From contig NMRA01000637.1 of assembly GCA_002633005.1 (NCBI GenBank), forward strand, positions 129,317-193,316: a stretch of DNA of 64,000 nt. Direction: 5' to 3'. Position numbers and translations under genes: made by a program. Below are positions 1 through 11,399 of this stretch, one piece after another. Under the pieces are notes generated by a model, which worked only from the letters and a program-made list of their open reading frames with translations, ran no database searches and was not told the DNA's origin. This stretch comes from Phoronis australis. Lineage: Eukaryota; Animalia; Phoronida. The number at the start of each line of letters is the position of its first letter. Position 1 is the stretch's first letter.

Positions 1-450
1 CAATTCGCCTGAATATCAGGGTTGGGGCACCACAGTATTTCCCTAATCAAATCAAAACATATCTTAGAGTAAAGAAGCTAGTTATCTAAAGAAATCAGCT
101 ATAGAGCTGCTCTTTCAGCGGTGGATCCATCTAAAATGCTTGGCTACTTCAGAAGTGTCGTCGGAAGCGCGCGCACAATTGATCTCCGGGGTTTTGTCGA
201 TGAGCCACGAAGACTCGAAACGCGTTGATTTTCATAACAGCAATTCACAATGCAAAAAATATATTTTCAGAGTGACCCCCCCCCTCATTTTTTCCAGGTT
301 GGTTTACTTGGGGTTTAAACACGCTGGCGTTGCCGGCGTTTTTGTTTTGCTGGAGACGTTTTTGTTTTGTTTTTTGTTTTTTTAATTTTTGGGTCCTGGC
401 CCGAGGGGGGGGGTTTAAACCCCCTGAACCCCCCCGTAGATCCGCCTCTG
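1..450. mobile_element. 3' end of a non-autonomous GGCGGATC/GATCCGCC-type MITE (left end outside window)
   Basis: Ends GGGGGGGTTTAAACCCCCTGAACCCCCCCGTAGATCCGCCTCTG. Homology to the duplicate block at 40640 starts immediately afterwards (CACATGTCTAAG), and this element is absent there. Similar termini occur at 11075 and ~53833. Confidence 0.5.
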
Positions 451-3400
451 CACATGTCTAAGAATGTGATTCGGTTCCTTCCATTTTAAGAGGATTGTCG
501 ATTTGATTCATACTTGTCAAATCACTTCATTTTTCTTAAATAAAAGAAATTTTGACTTCTGGTATTTGAGAAAAGTGAATTGATTTGACAAATTTATCAT
601 TTGCAACAATATTAGAAACACAATTGCTAGGTACGATGAGATTCCGGCTAACGAAAGATCTCTAAGATTTTATATGTTCAGTATAAGTATAATACTCCTC
701 AAAAATAAAACTAAGTCGTAATTTTATGAGACAATTGCCGCCAAATATTGGAAGTATGAATGAAATGAACATTAATGGGCATCGCCGAATCGATATCGAA
801 ATCGATCACTCCCGCATCGTGATTCGATAATATTTCGACTAATCAACCCACAGTACAATATATGTCCACGTATGCGTGATCCCGTGAACACGAATATTGG
901 TCGACACTGCCGTAGCAAGTTTTTAACGTTGTGCAAACATGAAATTGTTGGCAACCGGGAAGTTTTGAAATGAGTAGCAACCCTAGGGCACACTGGAATG
1001 AACGGCGCGGGGGAAACAAAGTCAAAATTGAAGTGATCTTAGACCACTTAGAGTTTTTTGCAATGAACTGGTGGACATGACCCCTTGCATCGACATGTCA
1101 TGAACTGGATATTTCAGTGTGCAGATTTTATGTTTTTCAAATAATTTGATGAAAATCGTCGATACAGCAACCGTGAGAAGTTTAAGTAACACTGTCAGCG
1201 ATAAATATGGTCTTTTGAGATCAGTCTCAAGGCAAATTCACTCTCACTACTGTAGCAGTCGTAGTGTTGCGCTTTGCTAGCAGAGATCAAACCTACTCAA
1301 TAGCATAGCATCTAACGCTTTACATTTAATTTTAGTGTGCTTGCCTTATGTCCAGCAACGCAAAACTCATGCTATAGTTAACTCCAAAATTGCATATTTT
1401 TGAGTAAGCCGCTATAATTATCAGGTTATCGGGTGTTCAAAGCGAGTTTGCCAGATGGCCGAGATCATTCGAAAGTTTTCGAGACTCAGCGAAGGATTTA
1501 ACATGACTTTTCGAGCCATTGGGATTTCTAATGTTATTTGTCGATGCTTTCCATTTTTCACTTTTCACCTTCCAAAACTAACGAAGTATTACTGCTTTGC
1601 TGTGAGCTGCGACCCCAATGGCAAAAAGTTGGATAAACTTCAGAAGTATTTTCCAAGATAATTCCTAGAATCAGCTAAACATTTCTAACTGAAACCAGGC
1701 CGTTGTAGTAATGCGTTTTCCTACTTCCAGGACAAACGAAATTACAATCCTAGACTGAGCTATTTCCTCACGGACAAGTCCATTCTTTCCGCTATAGGTG
1801 AATGTTACACAAGTAAATTACGCGATCATTGTTAAAGGCGCAAACTATTTCTTAACTTCATTTAAGTATTAACTGTGTAAGCACGTAAGAAAGTAATATT
1901 CGTGCTTTAATTAACAACGTAAATAAACTTTTAAGCTATTGAGAATTCATTTACATGTGCGTACCTACGTTGTAACATACTGTCTGAGAAACTCAGCAGA
2001 TACTATGAATATGAGTTCAATTAAACCCAATGAGCTATCTTTGCAACAACTATTGCGTCAGAGAAGTTCCAAAAATAGGCCCACCCTGGGTGGATATTAG
2101 AAAAACGAGAAATCAGAAAGGTGAAACGAAACGACATAATACGCCCCGGCGGTTAATTACTGACAAAGGCGCACAATATCTCGTTGAATGATAGTCGTTT
2201 GACTGAAATAGCTATCTCAAAATATGTCTTGTCAAAAAATATTTAAAACACGTTACATACGTATTTCAGAGCAATTCGTCAGTTTTTCAAAACAGGCCAA
2301 CATACTTGTACTGGGCCTATTTTCGTACAATACAGGTAGAAAAAGAATACATTTATATCTAAGAGAACCACTTTTCATGTTAAGGTTAGTGCTTAGAATG
2401 CAATGTTGGCAAAATTGTGATTTTTGCTTTCTGATGTTGTATTGTAAAATGCAAACTGCAGCAATTATGAAATTACTAAAAAAAAACATGCACAGAACAT
2501 TTTTGTGATATTTCTGTATTTCAAAATTCACACTAGGCTTGATTAACTGGCACCTAGGAGCAGGATTTGATAGGCTGATAAACTGTGTTCCGCAACGAAA
2601 CATTCATATAACGTGAAACAGGTTAAAACCTGTTAGTAGTGGGAACATTTCTTAACAAATGTCCACAAGTTCTGTAAGTACGACACACCCACCGGTGGCA
2701 CATGCCCGTGCAGTAAACCCGACTGCCTCACTTGCCAGCACATTTTAAATGAGGTTGAAATTCAACAGCCTAGTGGCAAAAAACATGGTCAGACGTGAAT
2801 TTAGGTGCAAGTCGTCTGGCATTATATGCGTTATTCGATGTACTCTCTGTCTCCGTGCCTGGCACATAAGTAAGACCGGTTGTCCTTTCAACACACGTCT
2901 CACTGGACAACATAACTTTATCCTCCACGGTTTCTCCTTTCCTGTGGCGGAATTACACGTTTACACGTAGCTCCATAGCAGCGATAACCTCACAGTATGT
3001 ATAGTTATGCGGAATCTTGACAACACCCACGCCAAGAGATCCAAAAAATCTCAATTTCTTTGTTTTTTAAAATCAACAGGAACGTCGGTCTTAATAAAAA
3101 CATGGACCACACGAGGAACTACTGTACATCTAACCATTCCCATTTCCTGTCTTTCAGTTTCTCTCGTCCCACCCCTTTGTAGTTAATCTCCACAGGTTGG
3201 GGTGCCAAAGCCCTTCGCGTCACTTGTGTTCATACCTCACAAACAGCCGTACTCATAAGGCTCGAAAGCTGGTGGTTTTAGCAAATGTTTTGACCGGATT
3301 TTGAACTAATTTTTTTTACCCGTTTCTACATTGTCTAGTTTTATCCGGTCTCAACATATATGAACGTTATTTTAACAGTGTAATTGGCGCTACTTGCAAA

Positions 3401-5119
3401 TACCCTCAACATTTGCAAGAGGCGAGTCCACTACTTTTTGGACACGTGTTACTTGTCAATTACAATTTGAGGTAAGAAACTCTGTCGAGGATTTACTGAA
3501 ACACTGAGAACTTCGAGTCTTGACCGGCACATTTAATGGACAAACGATCATAACTACGGACTAGTATACTGGCACAGGTATATCCAATTTCTAGGTGTTT
3601 CACATATCGGGCCTGCTCTATGAACAATACTTTTCGTGGTTTCGTAACGAAAAAGATTTAGTTGTAGCCCTTTCTTGGCACTTCGAAAATTATCAAGTTC
3701 GTGTATAGGTACCGTAAGAAGGGCACATACAGCCTGTGGCTTTCATCTCGACTTCGGAAATTTATTCATTGCCTTATAATATTGGCATATAGTCTAATCA
3801 GAGTTTTCGTATTTTGCTAGTTTGGTAAATTAAATATATTAGTACAAGTTGTGCAAAGTTGATGTCGAATATGCTCAGCTAACCGGACATTATGCAGTGC
3901 GTCATCTTAAACATAACGTTGATTTGCATATGAGCAATACTGTCACCGTCATTTCAGTGGCTGGCGCCTTTGAAGTCACTGACATCAACGTAATTAACGA
4001 TGTCATTTCCTTTAATTTCAGCAGTTTAGAACAATATTATCAACCGGAAAACCTCACTAAAATGGAAAGTTTCCTAAATTAAGACCAACCTATTTGTGTT
4101 ACCTGAACTGATTTAATTACATAATTGTTTCTGAATGCATAATGAATGAAGTTCAAAATGATTTATTATTGTGCATGAAATCAAATAAAATAGTTCTTCA
4201 ATGTTCATGTCATGTTCATAGGAATCATTTGAGAACCAAATGTGACTAAATTGGTTAGTGCAAAAGTTGAGTTTATGGAGATTTTAACTACAATGAAGGA
4301 AAGTATCTTTAGACATTTTGAAAACGTCGCTATTTAGTTTGCGTTTAGGAACTACAATGACTTCATTTACACAGCAACACCATCATTGTGGTCTTGTTCT
4401 TTTTAACTGAATTCAAATTGAAAGACGCTCATACTGTATCGGCGGCTGAACTTAACTCAGTCCCCGTGATAACCAAACTTCGTGAGAATGTTGTCTAACA
4501 ATAACGAATGATCAGTTGTTTTCAAGTCTAGAAATGATTTATATTCTGAGAAATGAAGAATTCAATAACAATTTCATAACGTTTAAGTGGCTTAAATAAT
4601 GTTTGAGGAAAGGCGCAGGTGTTGTCCATTTGAAGACGAATTCAAAACCTGCCATGGATTTGCACGGCACTTTCAAATAACAGTGCAGTTTAAAAACTAC
4701 TATTTCCAGTAACTGTCAAAGACGTTTTAGTAATGCGTTTCCAAAGAGCAATATATTTAAGCCGCCGGAACATTTACTCATCAAAACGAGTCAAATAAGG
4801 ACGTGTAACAAACTAATTGTATTGATTGTATTAAGTGATCGAGTTACAAACACAAACAACATTTATCACTAATCAAAGGTCACACCTAATTATTACAACT
4901 AAAAGCGCTTCTTTCACACAATATGAATACAGTAACGGTTTATAGAATACGCTCAGTCGAGAAAAATAAACTAAACACATAAAAATAGATGCACACATAA
5001 AAGTCAGACGACATTCTGAGATATCTGACATAACTGGTAATAACAAAAGCAAAGCTATGATACATAATCAAATGTACATACATGATGTAATTACACGCGT
5101 TACTCTGTTCTGTATAACA

Positions 5120-7078
5120 TTATTCCTTCAAGTACTGAAATGTCTTCACCATACCTGTACCCCACTCCACTACAGACACCTGACCCGGGGCCGGGAGACA
5201 TAAACCAGTTGGATGCTGGACACCACCAGGGGGCACGATCACGTGTGCACGTGCGTTGTTGTATAAAATCACCTGATGATTGTGACAGTCTGCCACCAGA
5301 ATGTGACCGTGTGGGTCTACACACACACCGTGCGGCGCGTTACTCAGTTGATCGGTCAATGTGGATACAACGGCCGGCCGCGCGTGGTCAATCACATGGA
5401 CACGACCGGGGTACCACGCACTGACCACCAACTGACCACAGTTATCCATGCACACATATTTCGGTGTGAACTTATCCAGCCCCAGGGTGGGACCGTCCAA
5501 CTGGTGGTGAATATTACAGTCATAATCTGTAATAATCACCCGCCCCCCACCTGCATCACACACAACCAGCCGGTCGCCGTGACATGTAACATACCCATCA
5601 CCTTTATACACATCACGACACACCTTCACCACCTCACCGCGGGCATTGTACCTAACAACACCCTTAATGCCGCGGTCGGTGATGAAGATGTCTCCATCAT
5701 CACTACATGTCACATCGAGAGGCATCTGCAGTTTGTGACGAGTTTGTTGTAACTCCAACTTTAGTTTAAACTCGTGCTTATCAAACACTCTCACTGTTTT
5801 GTTCTTCCAGTCTGTTACAACAAACCCCGTATCACAAACTGCCAGTCCACAACACCGAGACTCCCTCTCCCCCTCACCCAGGCTGGTAAAACTACCCACA
5901 CTACCCGCAGGTTCTTTAACAGTCTGTGGTGGAGTGACAGGTTGAACGAGTGATTTGGATGAAAGTTGTGAGAATTTTGTAGTGGTTTCTTGTGATTCTA
6001 CAGTAAACCCTACGTCAACATACGAGTCCGCTACTAACAATTCAGAAGGTGTAAAACCGAACACTGGCTTTTCAACGCCATGTTGTAACTGATTCACATC
6101 TAATGATGCGAGGGTGTCCGCCATGGTGGTGAACTGTTGAGTTGTTTCTGAAGGATGTGAACTTTCAATGAGTTGCTTAGCGTATCTCAATGTACTCATC
6201 AGAGACTGTCGACTTTGTTCAGCCGCCTCGTAAGCGGCTTGAGTTTGTTTTTGGGCCAAGAGGAACTGTTCGTTAAGTTTAGTGATCGCTTCACCTTTCT
6301 TTATTTCAACCCTGTCCTTGAAGTCATCATAAATCTTGCAGAGTTCGTCAAGCTTTTGAGCTAACATTTCTTGAGTTAGCTCTTCGCGAACATTTCTGCG
6401 AGCGTCTGCCACAATCTGTGCATGATCGACTGCGTCTACCCAGGGCTCAATCAAACCTTGGAGCACCTCCACTGCTTCCTTTGCCGCCTCGTCAAGGTTT
6501 TTCATTTTGTGTTGATCGTGGTCTAGCTTTGTACACAGCATACATACGGGTATTTTGCAGTTTTCGCAATAAATTTCCAGCAACTTGTCCGTGTGTTTTA
6601 AACAATACGTCTTCTGACATCGACGCATTGTTTCAAAATGAACGCCAGCAGCGACTTCATCCAAACTGACCACTTTGTGGGTTAAAGTGAGTCCAGTCTG
6701 ACAGTGAACGGCGGCACACTTTTCACACAGGTGATGAGTGCACTGTAGACACATGGACTCTGCTTCGACTGTGGATCCGTTGTGATGACACACAAAACAG
6801 AAGACATTGCCCGTTTTGGGAACGCAGTCATTCATGTGATACAGGAAATGGTTGAAAGGGAAATCAGCAGCGCCATCTTTAGGAATGTTTATAACTCTCT
6901 TGCATCTGGGACACGAGAACTCGCCGTTTTTTCCTCGTTTGTCCATATACGTCTGAATACATCCCTCACAAAATGTATGTACACATGGGAGCAGGCGGGG
7001 AGTCTTCTGGCGCTCCAAACAAATGGGGCATTCCAGCATGCGCCTCATTTCCTCTGCGTCTTTGGAGCTGATGGCCAT
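5120..7078 (-). CDS. TRIM-NHL E3 ubiquitin ligase copy 1 (C3HC4 RING, B-box1, B-box2, coiled coil, C-terminal NHL propeller; no filamin domain), 652 aa, intronless CDS
   Basis: RING CPIC..CVHTFCEGC..CPRC; B-box1 CFVC..CLQC..CEKC..H..H; B-box2 CLKH..CENC..CMLC..HDQH; helical middle region; NHL-like repeats (PLDVTC..IFITD, PHGVCVD..ILVADCHNHQV). A CAG acceptor lies just upstream of the ATG. Confidence 0.95.
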   Translation of the reverse strand: MAISSKDAEEMRRMLECPICLERQKTPRLLPCVHTFCEGCIQTYMDKRGKNGEFSCPRCKRVINIPKDGAADFPFNHFLYHMNDCVPKTGNVFCFVCHHNGSTVEAESMCLQCTHHLCEKCAAVHCQTGLTLTHKVVSLDEVAAGVHFETMRRCQKTYCLKHTDKLLEIYCENCKIPVCMLCTKLDHDQHKMKNLDEAAKEAVEVLQGLIEPWVDAVDHAQIVADARRNVREELTQEMLAQKLDELCKIYDDFKDRVEIKKGEAITKLNEQFLLAQKQTQAAYEAAEQSRQSLMSTLRYAKQLIESSHPSETTQQFTTMADTLASLDVNQLQHGVEKPVFGFTPSELLVADSYVDVGFTVESQETTTKFSQLSSKSLVQPVTPPQTVKEPAGSVGSFTSLGEGERESRCCGLAVCDTGFVVTDWKNKTVRVFDKHEFKLKLELQQTRHKLQMPLDVTCSDDGDIFITDRGIKGVVRYNARGEVVKVCRDVYKGDGYVTCHGDRLVVCDAGGGRVIITDYDCNIHHQLDGPTLGLDKFTPKYVCMDNCGQLVVSAWYPGRVHVIDHARPAVVSTLTDQLSNAPHGVCVDPHGHILVADCHNHQVILYNNARAHVIVPPGGVQHPTGLCLPAPGQVSVVEWGTGMVKTFQYLKE

Positions 7079-8111
7079 ATCTGGTGGAGTGGAGAATAAC
7101 TGAAAAGAACGATGAGAGTGTACTTTAATACTCCAAATGTCGACGTTACATATTAACTCTTATTTACCTTTTCGGTATGAGTGTAACATGAACGACATAT
7201 GCACGTAAGGGGCAGTAAATCATTTTTTTTTAAACACGGTGTTATTATGTTTTTGAAATTCTTGAAACAAAGCAGGGAAAAATAAATCCAACACTTGTTA
7301 GATCGTGAACTTGTCATGAGTTCAGAAATACATGACAAAGTATTTCATATTTAAAAATAAGATACGTCTTCACACATATCCACTGTAAAGAGTCTCTCAT
7401 TGTGAACACATTTTCAAAAAATTCTCAATAATTTGTTTTAAACAGGATCACTCCACAGCTACTGCATTTATTGTATGAAAAATGTAAACACACACAAAAC
7501 ATGAAGTGACAAAGTTTATTGAAAGGTCTATAAATTCGCCTTACATTATAAAAAGAATAAAATGATTGAGACGACATACAGTTGTGAAATTGGTTTTCAA
7601 ATATTTTTTTGTAATAAAGTTTGAAGTTCGTTATTGCAGGAGAGACGAGTGGATCTACAAGTTGACAAAAGAAGCACGCCATCAAAAATGACACGTGGGA
7701 GTTCCGATAAAGCGCTTTTTCTGAAACGATTTTTTGCTGCCCCGCATTGTGAAATTGAATTGAATATTTTGTTTGTTAAAGGACAATGTTAGACACAGAA
7801 GAATGTGTTCGTGATTTTCGGTGAACGGAGGCGGAACTGTAATTTGAATGACGACATGAACCCGTGAAACGACTCCCCGCGAGTTAGAAATATACAAGCC
7901 CGGTTTAATTTTGTCGTACTTTTGAGTGCCATTAAACAAATTAAGCATCCATCATTTGCCAACCTAAAATGGCATACTTAGGCGCAAATCGAATCTTTTA
8001 AGAACCACAAAATAGAAAAAAGTTTATGACCCAAATTTTAGGGGAATACGTTTTGAACGGTTAGTCGCTTTTTGTTCCCGAAAAAGTACCAACGAGTGAA
8101 AATGCTATTGA

Positions 8112-8400
8112 CCTCACTTTGCTCCCAACAAATTTGTTTATCTAGACTCCTCTACGCTTGGAGTCATTACAAGGCATGCTACTGGTCACATGACCACGAA
8201 ACATGATTAGGGATGGCCTGTCGTCCCCAACCGTATTTTGCATTTACAATGCACGTTTTGTTTCAATTATTGATTGTTCAACCAGTTACTGGCTGTCGCT
8301 AACAACTATTGTTCGCATGAAAAAAAAAACCTGTTTTGACTACATCGACAAAACACGCTTTAATCATATCGAAACCGATACCAGGAAAACTGATGAGTCA
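8112..8400 (-). promoter_or_regulatory. Putative 5'-UTR splice donor and proximal promoter of TRIM copy 1
   Basis: Minus-strand AAA|GTGAG donor at 8117, conserved at 19749 (as GTGAGT) and 48488. The block TATCGAAACCGATA..GGAAA..TGATGAGTCA (8367-8400) is conserved in the otherwise diverged copy-2 flank (19847-19882) and in copy 3. Confidence 0.5.
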
Positions 8401-9149
8401 CGTCTTTGTCGGTGAGCTACTCATCAATATGTATCACAGGATGTGAAAAAGATTCCACGGCAGCGCCTTTAAGATTCCAAATACGGTCCTTTTGAACCAG
8501 AGTTTCTGACGACTGGAATTTGGACACCAGGTACGGCCGATGGAAATTGACTCGTTGGTCTAAAAAGAATGCGAGGATCGAAGGTGGAAGTTTCCAGTCC
8601 CTGTATCAGGAATTTTGCATGGAACCTGACTGTTTTCGAGGAGTACAAATCACAAATATGTAACCATTCACTTTTATATCTTGTGTCAATGGAAATAAGC
8701 ACGCAGTGTCCAACCTATTTTTTGAAGATCGCCAGAATCTAATAACAAAAAACGAAGAAATGTGGAATTGACATCAGTGTCAGAAAGTTCACGTATTCAG
8801 ATCACAGTCCACAATCAGAAACGATTAGCAGACAACAAGACATGTTCAATGATCATTTTAATGTCAATTGAATTTTCTGTGGATTTTCGTACGTACATTG
8901 AACGACAGTACAAAAAACGTGTCTTTATCACAGGCGGCCTAGTAAGTACCGTCAATTAAACTCGCAATGCCCAAAACTGACATCGCTTGCTTGATTACAA
9001 AAAAGTTGTCAAGCCAGCGATAAAATAGTTGATAAAGCAGATTTACAAACCTGGGAATAGGCAAATTTGCAGCAGCCTTGAGAAACACATCTGCTCCGAT
9101 GCAGTGCGGCTGTTCGTCTGAAAAAACAACGATAAGCGCGTCTTCAACT

Positions 9150-9255
9150 AGCCAATAAGCAATACCGTTTTGAGTCACGTGTGAAATAGTCGTGTTGCTT
9201 TCACCAAGGAGTCCTTGCTTTCACTGCAAGGGTGTGCCCGGTTTTCCCGCGTTTC
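9150..9255. promoter_or_regulatory. Conserved cis-element block: CCAAT, AP-1/E-box TGAGTCACGTG, kB/E2F-like CCGGTTTTCCCGCG
   Basis: Same motifs in the same order at 21511-21590 (diverged unit 2) and 49534-49633. Confidence 0.55.
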
Positions 9256-10647
9256 TATCAAGCTATTACTCTCTTGTGGCCGCCGTTTAGTGAGAGCACG
9301 GGCGAAGACAGGTACGTGCTTCAATTTAGTGAAAAAAGAAACGCTTATATTTCTGCTGCGATATGAACAGTCAGCATTTTCGCTTCGCGAAGGATAAAGG
9401 TATCCATTTGCTGGGAATAACAGCACAGTGCAAGAACCTCACAGTGTGCCGAAGTGTCGAGCTAAGCGCTTAGCATCGAAGGCCAATGAAAAATAATGAT
9501 TGCATCACCTGACGACAGGAAAGCTCTGTCGTTGGCCCATTCTTACCGAATGTTGGCCTACTATAATAACGTACTTGATTGTATAAAGTGGCTTTCGTCC
9601 CCGAAACGTTCAAACGCAAATAGACGCAAGTAGCAAAATTAAAATATTGCCACTAGTACGTCTACTTTAAAAATGTTACTTGAATATCTGTATTTGTTAA
9701 TTTTGTGCAATGGTCTAAAGTAATCATATATACATTTTCGGAAATATATCTTTTTATCTCACGTGCTTCACAAATGCTTACCGGTATTCAGACTGTCGAC
9801 TAAGGCATTCCTCAGAGGTCGATACCACTAGCGTACCCCCTTTTTAGTACAGGGGTTTTACGTAGATAAGCCCACACGATGACACACCTATGGACGTTTA
9901 TTTGGAATTATGCCAAATACACGCCCATGGGCTACAATTTGTTGTTACAACTTGTGGTGCCAGTGGGGCGTTTATTTCGAAATTTCCCTCTTAAAAGCCC
10001 ACTTAGCGTCAACGTTTTGTCGCAAATTCAGTCTTGTGGAGTTTTTATCATTTATAAAAACGAACAAGGTGTTGACAAAGTATGCAAAAAAATAAAAAAA
10101 CCCAGTTTTAAGTAAAAAAGTGTCAAGTCAAGTAAAACTATTTTTATAATTGGTGTACCTAAAACGCCTGAGAATTTTCGTTTTTCGAATACACGCCCAT
10201 GGGCTCATCTACGCAAATTCCTGGTATTTAATAACTTGATGGTAGCATCGTTGTCCACAACAAATTGTTTACGTATGTGACGACACCGCTTTGTTTGCTG
10301 TTCTAAGAAGAGCAACGCGGATCGTTGAAATGCGCCCATGACTGCATCGCAAATGGTGGGCTGAGAGCTATTCCGTGACAACAAACCTGTCTTGAACCCT
10401 TTCCGATTTGAGCCACAAATCTTGTTAAATCCCGGAAATCTCCTTTCGAGATTTCACTACAGTTGGCTTGGAACTGGTCAAAGCTCTGTGTTGGTGCATA
10501 CTTATAACTCTTTTATACTTCAAGGACATTTTTGGAAACAGAAAACATTAGCGATTAAAAAAACGAAACTCTACGGTTGCATAGGCTGGCTTCCAGGATC
10601 GTTGAGTTTTGAGCTAAGCTTTTTATGGAATTATGACAGGTACAGTG

Positions 10648-10715
10648 TCTACAGCGGATATCGAACTCAGGTTGCACGAGCGACAGTCAAGACTCTAAAC
10701 CATTCGGCCAAGGGG
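10648..10715 (-). mobile_element. tRNA-derived SINE head (decayed)
   Basis: Minus strand TGGCCGAATGG (A box) ... GAGTTCGATATCC (B box) at tRNA-like spacing; no clean cloverleaf. Duplicate at ~51085-51151. Confidence 0.5.
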
Positions 10716-11074
10716 CAATTGCTGGTTAGCAAGCCACTTGAGAGACTTTATCTGACTGTATACGTAGTCACAACCGGAAGTCACGCTTCACAACAGTTTG
10801 AATATTTTGTTGTGTCTAATTGACACTTGCTTAAGTTAAGACCCTAACAAGACTTAAATCATCTGTTCATTCTTTTCAGACGACGGTTGTCATTATTGGG
10901 TTGCAATTTATAGCAGATCACAGGCACCAGTACATGTAGAAGGAGCTGCTTCACCCATCTGTGCACCATTGCAGTCACCGACAGCATGAATCCAAAACCC
11001 ACTGCCATTGTCCATCATCTGTACAACTAATTGTTAGACACTGAGGGATTGCAGTATAAAATGATCACTTACTT

Positions 11075-11394
11075 CAGTAGCGGATCTAGGATACCATAAG
11101 GGGGGGCCAAGATGTTGCCTGGTTGCCTCGGGGAATTGGGCAAAGCGCGATTGTATGCACAGACGGCCCGAAAGTTGCGGGAGCTGACGATGTGGACTTG
11201 GTGTTGCTAAATTCTATCGGAGGACTAAAAAAATGAAAGAAATAAAAACCGGAACACGATTCCGCTGCGCCCAGCCTGCCCCCCGCTGCCACTTCAAATT
11301 GGTGCACTCGTTTCTTCACACTGTTGCTGCGGTTTCTTTTTCCTTGCAGCAGCCAAGGTGGGGGCCCCACCCCCCACCCCTAAATCAACCTATG
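11075..11394. mobile_element. MITE of the CAGTGGCGGATCTAG family
   Basis: Starts CAGTAGCGGATCTAGG..GGGGGGGCC and ends CCCCCCACCCCTAAATCAACCTATG (decayed inverted terminus); TACTT on both flanks. Confidence 0.55.
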
Positions 11395-11399
11395 TACTT

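Noticed and set aside
5140-7099. Plus-strand ORFs antisense to the TRIM genes (also at 16065-17593 and 45449-47476)
   Set aside because: Shadows of the minus-strand CDS; no domains, and lengths vary between copies.
8388-8420. CTGATGA as a hammerhead core (also ~24810, ~25736, ~28324)
   Set aside because: No properly placed stem II plus GAAA; at 8394 the sequence is better explained as an AP-1 site.
10648-10715. Functional tRNA gene
   Set aside because: A and B boxes present but no convincing cloverleaf, and it differs between duplicates; called a SINE head.
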